From the NCBI GenBank assembly GCA_030264375.1, contig JASCQW010000099.1:66694234-66758233 (forward strand): a DNA stretch of 64,000 nucleotides, given 5' to 3'. This DNA is from Carcharhinus longimanus (lineage: Eukaryota). The position numbers were made by a program, and so were the translations under genes. Position 1 is the stretch's first letter; every line of letters begins with the position of its first letter. This document shows positions 36,051 to 49,244 of the stretch, in pieces. The notes beneath the pieces are model-generated. The model was not told the DNA's origin, searched no databases, and saw only the letters and a program-made list of their open reading frames with translations.

Positions 36051-37031
36051 CTATTCAAAGAAAATTACAAACAAAAATTGATTGATTTTTAAACCAAACA
36101 CAAAAGCAAACTCACATGTTGTATATTACTTAAAAACAAACCCAGTGTTCCCATATTACAAACAATTTCCAATATGGTTCAACCACAACCACAGAAATCT
36201 GCATTTTTTCAGATACAGCATTCTTGAAATAAATTATAAAAAAACTGTTCAATAATTAGGTAGTGTCATAACACTTGCCAGCTGAGCTCTTTATCTTAGG
36301 ATACTATTGAATTCAGCAGCTAATTCACATTAGAAAACCAATTCTGAAGTGAGCATTTAGTCCTAGTTTGTTCCAAAAAATGAAAGCAATTATTTAAGTT
36401 CTTTCTGGATTGGGGGGCCCACAGTATTCCTTGTCCTGTCAACCAAGCTGTTGTGAATATTCATGCAACCACATGGTAGCAAACCTTCAAACGCAGGAGA
36501 TAAATATTGGGTAGCACTGGGCTGGGTTTTTTCTGGCCTTCTGGAGACAAACTGGTGGAGTCATTGTTGAGGGAAGGCAAAGTGCAGTATGCACCACCTT
36601 TCAGCTGCCATGCCTTTGTGTTAGCAATGGGGAAGTGAAGAATGGCTCTCCCCCACACAGCTCACCCACTATCTCCCCGTCAAACATGCCTGATTGGAAA
36701 GGCAGCATCCTTCCATGGCATCACCTTCGTCTGTGTGCAGCTCCAATAGTGACCACCACTACTAGTGGCACTGCTGAGCCACTGATCCTCCAAAAGCCCC
36801 AGCGACAACAAATAATTGCCTAACCCCCAATAAAATACAGCTGTGGATCTTATAAATGGCCGAGGTAGGATTGCTGCCAGATTTTCGGCCCGTTATCTTC
36901 ACCTCAAGAATAAAACTTAGCCCATTTTCTTGGTTGCATTTCAACCTGTCCCCAGTAAAATCAGATACTAACGTAGTAAACAAACATTTGCACCTACTGT
37001 ATGTCAAGTCACACTGAAGGTACTAACATAC

Positions 37032-37169
37032 CTCATAAATGATGCGCTGGACTAAATCAAATTCACCTTCCAAAGAAGAATCAAGTAACAGTGCTACAGG
37101 ATTGAACTTCACCCTCATTCCATGACCTATACGTTCTGAGCCAAGCTTTTTCAGGTTTGTTCTCTTTCC
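37032..37169 (-). CDS. TP53BP2: ASPP2 exon (138 nt) with PP1-binding RVKF motif
   Basis: [46 protein letters not shown]. Confidence 0.96.
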
Positions 37170-39026
37170 CTAAAATCAATAAAAATAAAACGAGTATAGA
37201 GACACGAACTAAGCAATAGACTAGTACAGTACATGATTTTGATACTGGGCAAGATCAGATAGGTTAAACATGAGTCATTAGGGAGCTGACGTATTGACTT
37301 GTGATACTTGCAATAATGATCACTGAATAGGCAAGTGTGGGAGAGGTGGGGATTTCAGAATGAGCATATGATTGGGTTTGAATGTGACATGCCATATAAT
37401 GCTGTCACTCTACATCTTGGTTAACAACAACAATAAATTAACACTTAAGTTGTAAAACATCCGAAGGTGCTTCACAGGCACGTTACAATACAAAATTTAA
37501 CAATATGAATAACGGTATATAGAAGAGATTGGTCAGTGTCTCTGAAACTATATTCTAGCAATGACTCAAAGTCTTCAGCAGAGGTGGTGACTGATCAAAA
37601 ACAACCCAAGAAAGTTATCAATACACCCACAAGCCTCTGAAAATCCTCAATTGGTTGGAAAAGCAGTGGAGTTTGGATCAGTTATGATTCTTTTTTGTTA
37701 GTGTTTTGCAAGGATAAGGACAGAAGATGCGTGGGGATATCACCACCATGGGCAAATAGCAACACTCACATCCCGTTAAAGAATAAACAAAATAAAAATG
37801 GTACCGGAGAGCGGGGGGAGAGGGGGGGAGAGAAATAATGTCCCTTTTATAAATATTTTCAAATTTCTAAAATTATCACTTTTCTACAGCATGCTTTTGG
37901 TAGGAAACAAGTACTAATATTAAAAAACGTGAAAATAATGTACAAATCCTATACCATAACTTTCCAAACACAAAATACTAAATAACTGAAATAACAAAAA
38001 AAAATTATAATTTTTTGAGGCACTCAGTTCTCTTAAGATGTTACTTTTTTGCTGCATATTTACATAGAACGGTGGCTAGATTGAATAATTCATTATATAC
38101 TATTTAATTCCATTTGCAACTTTCCCAATCACCTTGTCAAATTTCATTACCTATGCATTATAGCAATAAGTGAGATTCCATTATAGAATTCTTCTATGTC
38201 AATCACACATTAGCTCTTTTGAATGAAGGAAATAGTAGAGATATAAGTTGCAACAATGAAAAAAAATCAAGTAAACTCGAACATTTTATGAAATATGGGT
38301 CAAATAATAAAGAAGGAAATTTATTCCTCAATTTAAATGTCAACTGCTGGACAAAAGAAGGGTTGAAAAACTGTCAACCAATAATCTTGGAACATATCTC
38401 CATTAAAAAGCTTGTGTGCTTCATTGATCTGATTAGAACAGAAGGACTGAATAAGTCTTACTCCAGCTAGTACTTCAGATAAACCAACAAGGGAGGCTTG
38501 GTATATTGATGTAAATTGTAGCCAGGGGTAAAAAGTGTAATTTCACTCAGTAATATTTGTAATTCCAGAACCATTAATTCTCAAACTTCATAAAAATAGA
38601 TCATTAGGTAAAAAATTTCTGCTCACTAATATGTATGCCCATAAATACATTATATACACATACAAAAATATATGAAAGTGGAGCAATAGTCATTAACTAG
38701 GGTCCAAATTAGTCCAGAATATACCCATTTTGATTCATTTTCAGAATGTAAGAGTAGATCATATCGACCATCAAACCCGCCCTGTCATTCAATATCATCT
38801 CGAACGGTTAGGCACGTTTTGAGGAAATGGAGTAACATTTCTTGATGACTGATGAGACTAGCTAATTTGGCTGGAAAATTAAGTAAGAAATAATTTAAGT
38901 AAAGCATTTTTGTCAAACACAAATTTCATATCCATAAAAATAATTTGTGCAAACTCAAAGCAAATCAATTGACGATTTCAAATTTCCAACATTCCAACAA
39001 AAACCTTAGCAGTATGTATTACTCAC

Positions 39027-39844
39027 AGGTGGTAGGACAGTGTGCCCAGTAATTTCAGGTGGACGCATGTTAAAACTATCCTCGCCTATATTCTCATGTT
39101 CACCAGCAACAGGATATGGAGGAGGTGGGTAAGGAGGATACTCTTCTGCTAATTCTTCTGGAGAGTGTGGGCTTTCCTGACTCTGTTGCTCCTCCACAGA
39201 CGGTAAAACAGGAGAAGTTGGTGTCTGCCCTTCCAAGACAGGAGCAGGACCACACGAAGGAGATGAAACAAGTTCTTCAGCACCTGGTACCTCAGTTTCT
39301 TTCTTGGGAACTGGTTCCAGTTGATCTGGAGTGGTGTCTGTTGTAGCTGTAGTGTCTTCCTCCAGTTTAACACTGAGATCTGTGCCTTCATCTATAGCAT
39401 TCTCTTCCGCAGATAAAAGAGTAGGTTGTTTTGGTTGATAGAATGGCATGGGACTAGCAGTCTCCATGGCAGCCAGTGTTGTGCGCTGGTATAGCAGCTT
39501 CTGAATATTGGGTCCATTTGGTCCCTCTGGTTCTGTAATAGAGCTACGTTTTTTCAGTGGCCTCGGAGCATTGGACAGTTTTTTTCTTAGTGCCTCCAAG
39601 TCAGCATCACTCTGATTTCGGTACGGATTGTACATAAAAGGCAGGAGCTTGGTGGGACTCAGTGGTCGTGGAATGCGTTCAGTCTCTGAGTGGTCTGCTG
39701 AAGATGCCGCGTTATCAGTCTCAGTATCAGGACAGTCTGGTTTATCGTGGCTCTTTGAATGCACGCTATTAATTTCCTGCTCGGTTTGATGTTGACTGCC
39801 GATGTAATTCTGCGAGGATCCAGAAATTACTGGTTTGCCATACA
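39027..39844 (-). CDS. TP53BP2: ASPP2 large proline-rich exon (818 nt), includes YPPYPPPPY (PPxY)
   Basis: VYGKPV...[15 protein letters not shown]...[44 protein letters not shown]...PPEITG; gcag| and |gtgagt. Confidence 0.96.
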
Positions 39845-41416
39845 CTGCATTTAACAAAATAATGTGGAACTCAGATACAGATAAAATTCGAACATTTGTT
39901 TGAAATAATTTTTACTGAATGACTATTTAATTGTGAATTATCTATCGTTTTCTATTTTCATACGGGAAATAAACATACAGCTTAACTTTGCAAAAACAAA
40001 CTTGGTTTATGCCAATCACCAGCTTCAATGCCTGGTGGCAATTTTTTCAGTGTAAATTAACGCTACTACAGCAAACACTAAAGGAGGATTGACCCCAACC
40101 AAACTGGGTATAATGGTAGAATCTGGGCTGAGAATAACATCATTGTGTGAATTAAGCCTGACGCATGCAGTCGTCTCCCTTAGATAGTCAACCATCTGTA
40201 CACAAACTGCAAAAATTCGATGGGTGTGTAGAAGCAATAACAACAAGGAAACTGGTACAAGGCAACTGCAACCAGGCAACATGTGCATTGGATATACTCT
40301 GGAAATTGTTAAAAAAGATGTTGTCTGAGACAGAGGAATGTGGGATATTGAAAACTTAAAGAATAAAGTGATAAGAAAATGAATTTGAACAATTGAGTCA
40401 ATTACTGGCATTGAGTTGGAAGGGGATGAGGAAAAGTTCTGGTGACAAGGATGTGGGAAGCACAGAGCCAGTTAGTCATTCACTGGAACTGAATCTTTTT
40501 AGACTGATCAACAAGATAGAAATACTGTGTATTGAAGAAAGCCGAAATAATATGAAACAATCTACACTGTTGAGTTTTATAACACCCTGATATAATCAAT
40601 TTTTCTACCAGCCCTGGAAAGGGTTAATTTCAAGCTAAACTGTATTTATTTTGATTAAAAGGTGCACAGTTTGCTCAGAATACTCTTAGTTTCAGAGTTC
40701 TTGACTATTTAAAGTCTACCAAATGGATTATTTCATTGTGACTTCAGGGACTATGCGAAAAAGTCCAGTGGAAAATGAACTTTGCGAGCTCTAATTTAAC
40801 AATCATTTAACATCAATAGACTAAGCTTTGTAGTTGCATTCTCTAGGAAATTCTTTCCTCGTGATATATTTCCCAAAAGTCTCATCGGAATACTAACACT
40901 GCCTCTGCAATATACTGTTGTGCATGAGGATGCTTCACTTCTTCCAAGGCAGGTTACAAAAAAAAGTACTTAAAAAAAAACTTCCACAGAATATCTAATA
41001 ATGACCGTGATTTATATTTTTGTAAAAGTGTAGGGTGTACAAAAGGCTTGGATCTTTGAAGTCTGTGAAATAGACCTGAGGCAGGGGGCCAAAGAGTGCA
41101 AGGTGGGTGGACAAGGCTTGAAAAATTGTAGAGATAAGGTAAGGCAAGGCTATGGAAGGATTAGAGATATTTTAAATTCAATGTACTGTGGGACAGCAAA
41201 TCAACCTACATCAGTGAGAACAGGAATGAAACAGGACAGTTATTGGATTAGATCAAATTTTTAGTTGTGTGTGTCAAATTTATTAAGGATGGAGGATGGG
41301 ACATCAATTGTGCCTTATAAAACACATCAAATTAGATTGGGATGATCAGACACCAATATACAAAAACTCAGTTCAAAACTGCCAACAGCTCTCAAGTTAA
41401 ATTAATGCTTTCTTAC

Positions 41417-41852
41417 CGCTTGTGAATTGTGGCCGCGTCTGTACTCTGGTCAGGGCACTCTGAACTGCCTGCTGGAAGTTTTTGCCAGGCGCCTGCTGCT
41501 GCGTGTACATTGTGTAAATAGAGCTCGCAGCCACTGTCTCTGGTTTTTTCAGGGGTTGCGGTGGAGGGTCTTTAGATGGTTGTGGTGTGAAAGGTCGAAC
41601 AGTAGCTGCAGGAGGTGCCTCTGGAGAAGGATGAAGTTGCACATTTGAAGTACAATGTTGCGGTCCTCCAGATTGGGTTGGTTTCAGTTTATTGACTATG
41701 GTTCCTACAGTACCAGTTAATTTTTGTGGGCTGTATTCTGGCTTGTTCTCTCCTGCGGAAGCTAGACTGGACGGTCCAAAATAAGGTAAGGAAATCTGTT
41801 TGGGTTTGGAAGGGACAGGGGGTGGTACTTTAACCACATTCTTGTTACCAGT
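41417..41852 (-). CDS. TP53BP2: ASPP2 exon (436 nt)
   Basis: TGNKNVVKVPPPVPSKPKQ...VRPFTPQPSKD...VAASSIYTMYTQQQAPGKNFQQAVQSAL; phase 0-1. Confidence 0.95.
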
Positions 41853-42009
41853 CTGAAAGGAGAAATTGAACATTTGTTTACCTGAAACTAGAAGCCAAAA
41901 CATTTTGACAAATGAAGATCTGCATTATTTAATATTGCTATTGAAGTTTAAAATCTTATTTTTAAAAGCAAACCATTTTTCTCTTCAACAATTAGCCACA
42001 GCTGTGTGT

Positions 42010-42460
42010 CACAAAAATCATCTCCCTGGCTACTGATTCCATCCCTCACCTTAACTTACGAGTCACGTTGAACCTTGCCTCATATCCTCCCAGTGTAAAA
42101 ACTATACAAGGTCATAAATCTCCATCTCTGCCCCATAGCTTAAATCCTCTACAGCTGGAACCCTTACATATGTTCAATCTTATTTCTGAAATCTCCACCA
42201 GCTCCATTTTCCATAGTTGAACATCTTGCAACTCTGACACTCACCCTCCTGACTTCACTTCACTATTGGCAGCAAATCCTTCAGCTGCCAGGGGCCTCTT
42301 CTCGGGCACCCTCTCCACATTAAGATCTCAAAGCCCATCACTTTGACCAAGTTTTTAATGATCTCCTTTATCTCTCTTACTGTCTCATTGTCCCCTTCAT
42401 GTATCCTTACCTTTGAAGCATCTTACATGAAGATACAACACACAATGCAAGTTGTCGCTG
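42010..42460 (+). mobile_element. Old L2-like LINE 3' end
   Basis: cactattggcagcaaatccttcagctgcc...tttgaccaagttttt...aatgcaagttgtcgctg. Confidence 0.45.
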
Positions 42461-44282
42461 CAGTCGTTTTCAAGCGAAGTGTCATGCATAAGCAATGTGA
42501 ATAACAAAAGGTTACTTATAAAGTAACCAAAATAACTACCGTTAGCATGATCAAGAAAAAAAGTAATTTAGCAAACTATTAATATTTTAAGCTTCCATAT
42601 AGTTATATTCATCACAACTGTTTAGTACACCAGTAAAAATATTTTTGTCATTGTTCAGTCTGAATGTTTTTTTATAAATTCATTTCAAATGACAGGGTAC
42701 AAAAAAAGACTAATTTTGAACTTAAATATTTATGTTTTTCATTGCTAAAATCTCTTCAATGTTGCACTGAATAAGTTATTGTATACTTAAGGAATTCAAT
42801 AATTACACCCAGCATTGCTTTGCTGCGGATAGGTTTTAGACTTCAGGAAGGTTGCCACTTAATCTTAAACTTGTGGATTCCACCTAAACATAATTGCTAA
42901 TTCTTATAAAAAAATTAATTTGCTTTGTGTAACACTCATTGGCTCATCAATAAATTTTCCCTTAGCTCCCCGTCATAGAAGCAGTTCAGTACCAAAAGCC
43001 CAGGTTGTCTCAAGAGGGCTGCATTTTCCTGAGGGCATCGGGAATCTGGCATCAGAAATCTGGCATCAGAACAACGTGCAGGTCCCAGTGAAGCAACTTA
43101 ACATGAGGCAGCTTCCTAATTGGATGCCTCCATGGTTGCCATCCAATTAAAGACATTGGATGGACCAAGAAAGCAGAAAGTTCGATACAAGTGCCCACAG
43201 AAATGTCTGGATGGCAGTCTTATGGGGAAAGTTAAATGTTTCTGGGAAAGAGGGAGATCTAAGAGGCACCTCAAAGTGGAAGTGCTCTCACAGACCTATT
43301 CCTTCAGTGTCATCTTTACCTTGCTTTCAGATGGTCTTCTCCAACTCTTCTCTTCCCTCCTCCACTTCTTAACTCCATTCTAGAATACTAGGTTCAACTT
43401 GCATAGCACACATGTTGGGCCTCAACTGGAGTATTACATTTGTCTGGATGAATGCAATTCACTACATAATCCACTGGGACTCATATCCATGATAAATCCA
43501 CCAACTTTTACGATGATCTTGACTACACTTCCTCCCGGCCCACTTTCTGGAAGGAATTTATTCCAATTCCCAGTTTTTTTTTATTTCTGTTCTTGTATAA
43601 TCCCCCCATTAGTGCTTTCTTTTTCTTCAACCAAGGATTGCACTCAGAATCACAAAATTGTTACAACACAAGAAGCCATTTAGCTAGTCTATCCCTGTAC
43701 TCCATAGAAGCAATTTACCTAGTGACACTCTCCCACTTTCTTGCCATACCTCTGTATATTCCTTTTCAGATAACTGTCCAATTCCCTCTTGAATGTTTCA
43801 ACTGAACCTGCATCCACCACACTCTTAAGCAATGCATTCCAAATCTTTAAACGACTCTGGGAAAAGATTTTCCTCACATCGCTATTGCTTCTTTTGCCAA
43901 TTCCTGAAACCTAGCCATCTTATTTCTTCTCCACAGATAGAATCTCCACAGTGCAGAAGTAGGCCATTCAGCTCATGAAGTTTGCACCGACTCTCCAACA
44001 GAGTAATGAAACCAGGCTCACCCATCGATTATGGAACATTTGAGGTTTCTTTCCAGCAATATTTTATATTTTTAAATATGGCTAATCAATAATATTTAAC
44101 ATTGATTTGGAAAATCCAGATCAAACTTGATAAATATTTGAGGAAATCACACTGTATGGATAATAATATGGTTGATTATAATATTTAGAGTTTCTGAAGG
44201 TGTTCATAAGGTGCTGCATTACAAAATTAAAAGTCAGGCACATAGTATTTAAGGGAATGTAACTTCATAAGCAGAAGTTGAT

Positions 44283-44602
44283 AGCACAGTGGCACAACAG
44301 TTAACACTGCTGCCTCACAGCTCCAGGATTCAACTCCCAGCTTGGGTCATTGTCTGCATGGAGCTTGTATGTTCTCCCCATGTCTGCATGGGTTTCCTCC
44401 AGGTGCTCCGGTTTCCTCCCACTGTCCAAAGATGTGGTTAGGTGCATTAGCCATGCTAAATTGCCACTTAGTGTCCCAGGATGCTTAGGTTAGAAGGATC
44501 AGTGGGTTAAATATGTGGGATTAAGGGGATAGGGCCTGGGTGGGATTGTTGTTGGTGGAAGTTGAATGGCCTCCTCCTGCACTAAATCTATATCTTCTAT
44601 AT
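44283..44602 (+). mobile_element. HE1-like V-SINE nested in a degenerate CR1 (about 44120-44960)
   Basis: Head, V-domain and tail A present; flanks carry CR1 RT remnants. Confidence 0.8.
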
Positions 44603-45299
44603 CTAGATGGATAGTGAGGGGATTGGAGAGCAGGAGTAAATTGATAGTTTTTGGATCGATGGAATGAGATTGAAGTTATCAAGAAATTAAAAAAAAGGAG
44701 TTTCTTTCAATGGAATAGAGAATATTAAAGGGACTCCAATGAGGTTTTCAAAATTCAAAAAGATTTAAGAGGGGTAATGTGAAAGCTTGGTTAATTGGTA
44801 ACAAGGAGGCACATAGAAAATTGGCACCAGATGAGGGAGGTTAGTAGAATTGTTTGTAATTTTTTTAAATCACAAGTGGCTGGAAGAGGGGACCATAAAT
44901 TCTTTCAAGCTGAATTTGATAAATATTTAGTAGAATATCTTGGAGGGAAAAAACAGAAATATTAAATTCAATTCAAAAGCCAGTCTTTCTTGAACTTGCA
45001 TTTATAAATCACTTTATCACATTGAAGGAAAGCCCTAAATTGCTTTATGACCAATGATTTACTTTTGAAGTGCAGTTACTGTTAACATATCAGCAAATAT
45101 GCAATCAAACGTTCCATGAAAAGCAAAGAAATGACTACAGGGTCTGTTGTTGGTGGTGCTGGCTGACAAGAATGTTGATAAGGACAGCAGCTCATTGGTT
45201 TGCGAAATTGCACAAGTACCTTGCTAGACTGAGATGAAGGCAGATTGTGGGTATGTAACATTGGACTGGGATAAATTGGAAAACTGCAAGCTGGATCAG

Positions 45300-45386
45300 A
45301 GGGTTAGATAGGGTGGATAGTGAGAGCCTTTTTCCTCGGATGGTGATAGCTAACACGAGGGGACATGGCTTTAAATTCAGGGGTGG
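45300..45386 (+). mobile_element. CR1 ORF2 end fragment
   Basis: LDRVDSESLFPRMVIANTRGHGFKFRG. Confidence 0.8.
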
Positions 45387-45617
45387 NNNNNNNNNNNNNN
45401 NNNNNNNNNNNNNNNNNNNNNNNNNNNNNNNNNNNNNNNNNNNNNNNNNNNNNNNNNNNNNNNNNNNNNNNNNNNNNNNNNNNNNNNNNNNNNNNNNNNN
45501 NNNNNNNNNNNNNNNNNNNNNNNNNNNNNNNNNNNNNNNNNNNNNNNNNNNNNNNNNNNNNNNNNNNNNNNNNNNNNNNNNNNNNNNNNNNNNNNNNNNN
45601 NNNNNNNNNNNNNNNNN

Positions 45618-46272
45618 GTGTGTGAAAGAATTGTCCCTCTGGATCCTTTAGCATCTCTCTCCTCTCATATTAAAGCTATGCCCTTTAGTGTTAAGTTCCC
45701 CTACCTTTGGGAAAAGATATTGACTATCTAACTTATCTATGCCTCTCATTATTTTATAGACCTGTATAAGATTACCCCAAGTCTCCTACGCTTCAGGGAA
45801 AAAAAGCCCCAGTCTATCCAGCCTCTCCTTATAACTCAAACCATCAAGTCCCACTAATATCCTAGTAAATCTTTTCTGCACTCTTTCTAGTTTAATATCC
45901 TTTCTATAATAGGGTGAACAGAACCGTACACAGTATTCCAAATGTGGTCTTAACAATGTTTTGTATAACTTCAACAAAATGTCCCAATTCCTGTATTCAA
46001 TGTTGTAACTAATGAAGCCAAGCATGCCAATGTCTTCTTCATCACCCTGTTTACCTGTGACTCCACTTTCAAAGCACTATGAACACAAACCCCTAGACCT
46101 CTTTGTTCAAGAACTCTCCCCAGTGCCCCATCATTAACTGAATAAGTTCTGCCTTGGCTCGATCTACCAAAATGCATCAGCTTGCATTTATCTAAATTAA
46201 ACACCTTCTGTAAACTAACAGCCCAATGGTTCAATTGATCATGATCCTGTTGCAATCCTAGATAACCTTCTT
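45618..46272 (-). mobile_element. CR1-type LINE ORF2 3' part
   Basis: FNLDKCKLMHFGRS...LLKLYKTLLRPHLEYCVRFCSPYYRKDIKLERVQKRFTR. Confidence 0.92.
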
Positions 46273-46426
46273 AGTAGTTTTGTTGATCAATTTTTATATA
46301 CAGGTAGGTTTTGGCTACCCTAACAGGATGCAATTATTATGGAATTTTATTTGGTCACTCTTCTAAATGCTTCAATAAAATTATACAACGTTATTACACA
46401 TTATTTAGTAACATCCATCTCTATAC

Positions 46427-46578
46427 CTGAATTTCCCGCAGAAGGTCCTCACTGCTCTGGTTTTTCCTTAGTGTTCCAGTAGATGGAATTCCTGCAGGTG
46501 GATCCATGGACTCAAACATGGAAAAGCAACGAACTCTCTTATCATTCTTGTCTCTCATCACAACATCACCTTCACCAA
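46427..46578 (-). CDS. TP53BP2: ASPP2 exon (152 nt)
   Basis: VGEGDVVMRDKNDKRVRCFSMFESMDPPAGIPSTGTLRKNQSSEDLLREIQ; phase 1-0. Confidence 0.93.
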
Positions 46579-47047
46579 CTGTTAAAACATAATTAAAAAT
46601 TTTCTTCAACTACTTGCTTCAGTTGAGTTTCAACATTAAATGAAAACTGATGCCAGTTGATACAATAAGTGCCAGTTGCAAAAACCAGACTTTTTATCTC
46701 TATTACACTTTGTAAACGTATACTTTGTATTGTTAAAACAAGTTTGTTCAAACAGGTTTTGAATAATTGCATGGATAAGCTATTCCCAAGCAACCCTGAC
46801 TTATACTAGATCTGGTTATTTGATCTAGGTAATGGATTTAATTGATAGCTGTGAGTAGACACCTTTAAGTAAGGGGCAGGATCGTTGGTTAGCTGCAAGT
46901 CTCTTTTGATAGACCACTTTTAAATACATTTCTGGTTTAAGTCCATGCATTAAGAGATTGTAAGTGGTTTCTTTATTATTTTAGCATCAAGAGTAGATAT
47001 TTTATATCATTTACTGTTTATTTAACTGTTTTTACAAATTAAACTAC

Positions 47048-47425
47048 TTTGATTTGATTTATTATTGTTACATGTATTAACATACAGTGAAAAGTATGTT
47101 TCTTGCACACTATACAGACAAAACATACCATTTATAGAAAAAGAAATTAGAGAGTGCAGAATATAGTATTACAGTCATAGCTAGGGTATAGATGCAAGGT
47201 AGGTCCATTCAAAAATTTGACAGCAGCAGAGAAGGAGCTGTTCTTGAGTTGGTTGGTACATGATCTCAGACTTTCGTATCTTTTTCCCGAAAGAAGGTGG
47301 AAGAGAGAATGTTCAGGGTGCATGGGGTCCTTAATTATGCTGGCTGCTTTGCCAAGGCAGCAGGAAGAGTAGACAGAGTCAATGGATAGGAGGCTGGTTT
47401 GCATGATGGATGGGGCTACATTCAA
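47048..47425 (-). mobile_element. Rex1/Babar-type LINE 3' end
   Basis: KAASIIKDPMHPEHSLFHLLSGKRYESLRSCTNQLKNSSFSAAVKFLN plus tail aataataaatcaaatcaaa. Confidence 0.75.
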
Positions 47426-48424
47426 CTTGTTGACTCATAGCCTGACACTTGGTCAGTAGTGCAAATGCGGTCTTCGTTTGATCACAGAACTGTTTCACAT
47501 GTTGACATGCAGCTCAATAACTGATGTATACAGAAAGTGTTCTGCTTTGATTGCTGGGTCTCACTACTGCTTAGAGTGGACAAAGGTGTACTCTAGTGGA
47601 CAAAGAAGTTCGTCCTCAACTCCAATCTAAACTGCGCCCCCCTTATCTTGAGGNNNNNNNNNNNNNNNNNNNNNNNNNNNNNNNNNNNNNNNNNNNNNNN
47701 NNNNNNNNNNNNNNNNNNNNNNNNNNNNNNNNNNNNNNNNNNNNNNNNNNNNNNNNNNNNNNNNNNNNNNNNNNNNNNNNNNNNNNNNNNNNNNNNNNNN
47801 NNNNNNNNNNNNNNNNNNNNNNNNNNNNNNNNNNNNNNNNNNNNNNNNNNNNNNNNNNNNNNNNNNNNNNNNNNNNNNNNNNNNNNNNNNNNNNNNNNNN
47901 NNNNNNNNNNNNNNNNNNNNNNNNNNNNNNNNNNNNNNNNNNNNNNNNNNNNNNNNNNNNNNNNNNNNNNNNNNNNNNNNNNNNNNNNNNNNNNNNNNNN
48001 NNNNNNNNNNNNNNNNNNNNNNNNNNNNNNNNNNNNNNNNNNNNNNNNNNNNNNNNNNNNNNNNNNNNNNNNNNNNNNNNNNNNNNNNNNNNNNNNNNNN
48101 NNNNNNNNNNNNNNNNNNNNNNNNNNNNNNNNNNNNNNNNNNNNNNNNNNNNNNNNNNNNNNNNNNNNNNNNNNNNNNNNNNNNNNNNNNNNNNNNNNNN
48201 NNNNNNNNNNNNNNNNNNNNNNNNNNNNNNNNNNNNNNNNNNNNNNNNNNNNNNNNNNNNNNNNNNNNNNNNNNNNNNNNNNNNNNNNNNNNNNNNNNNN
48301 NNNNNNNNNNNAGAGCCTAAGATCAAATGGCAAAATTCTGACATACTCCCCATTGAGGAGCACTGTTTGAGGGAATAAAAGGTCCCTTTGTGTGTAATTC
48401 CAATGAAATGAGAAACCTGGAGGT

Positions 48425-48780
48425 AATAAAAATAGAAGATGCTGAAAAAGACCCAGGTCTGGCTGCATCCGGGGATAGAGAAACAAAGGGTATGCTCCCC
48501 CGACAACCCCATCCTGGTCCCACCACTGTCAATGGAATTCTGCGGTGTTTGTGCCCTCTGCCACTGGGGAATCACCGCTGGCAGAAACGGCCAAAAAAAT
48601 CCCACTCAATGTTAATATTTCCAGTAAATGATGTNNNNNNNNNNTCAGAATTGAAGATGGTTTATGGACCTGAAATATAAATTCTCTTTGCCCTCCACAG
48701 GTGCTGCCAGGCTTGCTGAATATCTCCAGCATTTTCTGTTTTTATTTCAGATTCCCAGCATTTGCAGCATTTTGCTTTTC
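48425..48780. mobile_element. Penelope-like terminal repeats in inverted arrangement
   Basis: 48428-48490 is reverse complementary to about 48684-48743; decayed hammerhead-like motif at 48651-48680. Confidence 0.6.
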
Positions 48781-48884
48781 TAGCATGGAGATCATTTTGT
48801 CACTTAAATTCAAATAACATCCAGATTGGAATAAAGTAGCTGAAGATATCAGGTAACATCTGGAAACTTTTTTTTGTTACAAAT

Positions 48885-49090
48885 GGGTTTCCTTTGGGTG
48901 TTCCAGTTTCCTCTCAGTCTAAAGATGCGTGGGTTAAGTTGATGGAGCAATTTACCATGGCCAACAGTGTCAGGGGGAATAGCAGGGTAAACACAAAGGG
49001 TTAAGGGGATAGGGCTTAGGTGGGATTATGGTTGGTGCAGACTTGATAGGCCAAATGGCCTCCTTCTGCACTGCAGGGATTCTACGATGA
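48885..49090 (+). mobile_element. HE1-like V-SINE 3' portion
   Basis: V-domain end and tail ggccaaatggcctccttctgcactgcagggattcta. Confidence 0.78.
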
Positions 49091-49244
49091 AGGTAATTTC
49101 TATGCCAATAGTTGGAAAATGAGAACACTTCACATCAAATAAGTCTCCATTGAAATATCAACACATTCTTGAACTAATTCTTAAGGAGGCATGAAAAAAG
49201 TACATGATTTATTAAAATTAAACAATTTGACATGGCTCAAACCG

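Noticed and set aside
43043-43070. 14-bp tandem duplication aatctggcatcaga x2
   Set aside because: Ordinary slippage; two copies only, not a CRISPR-like array
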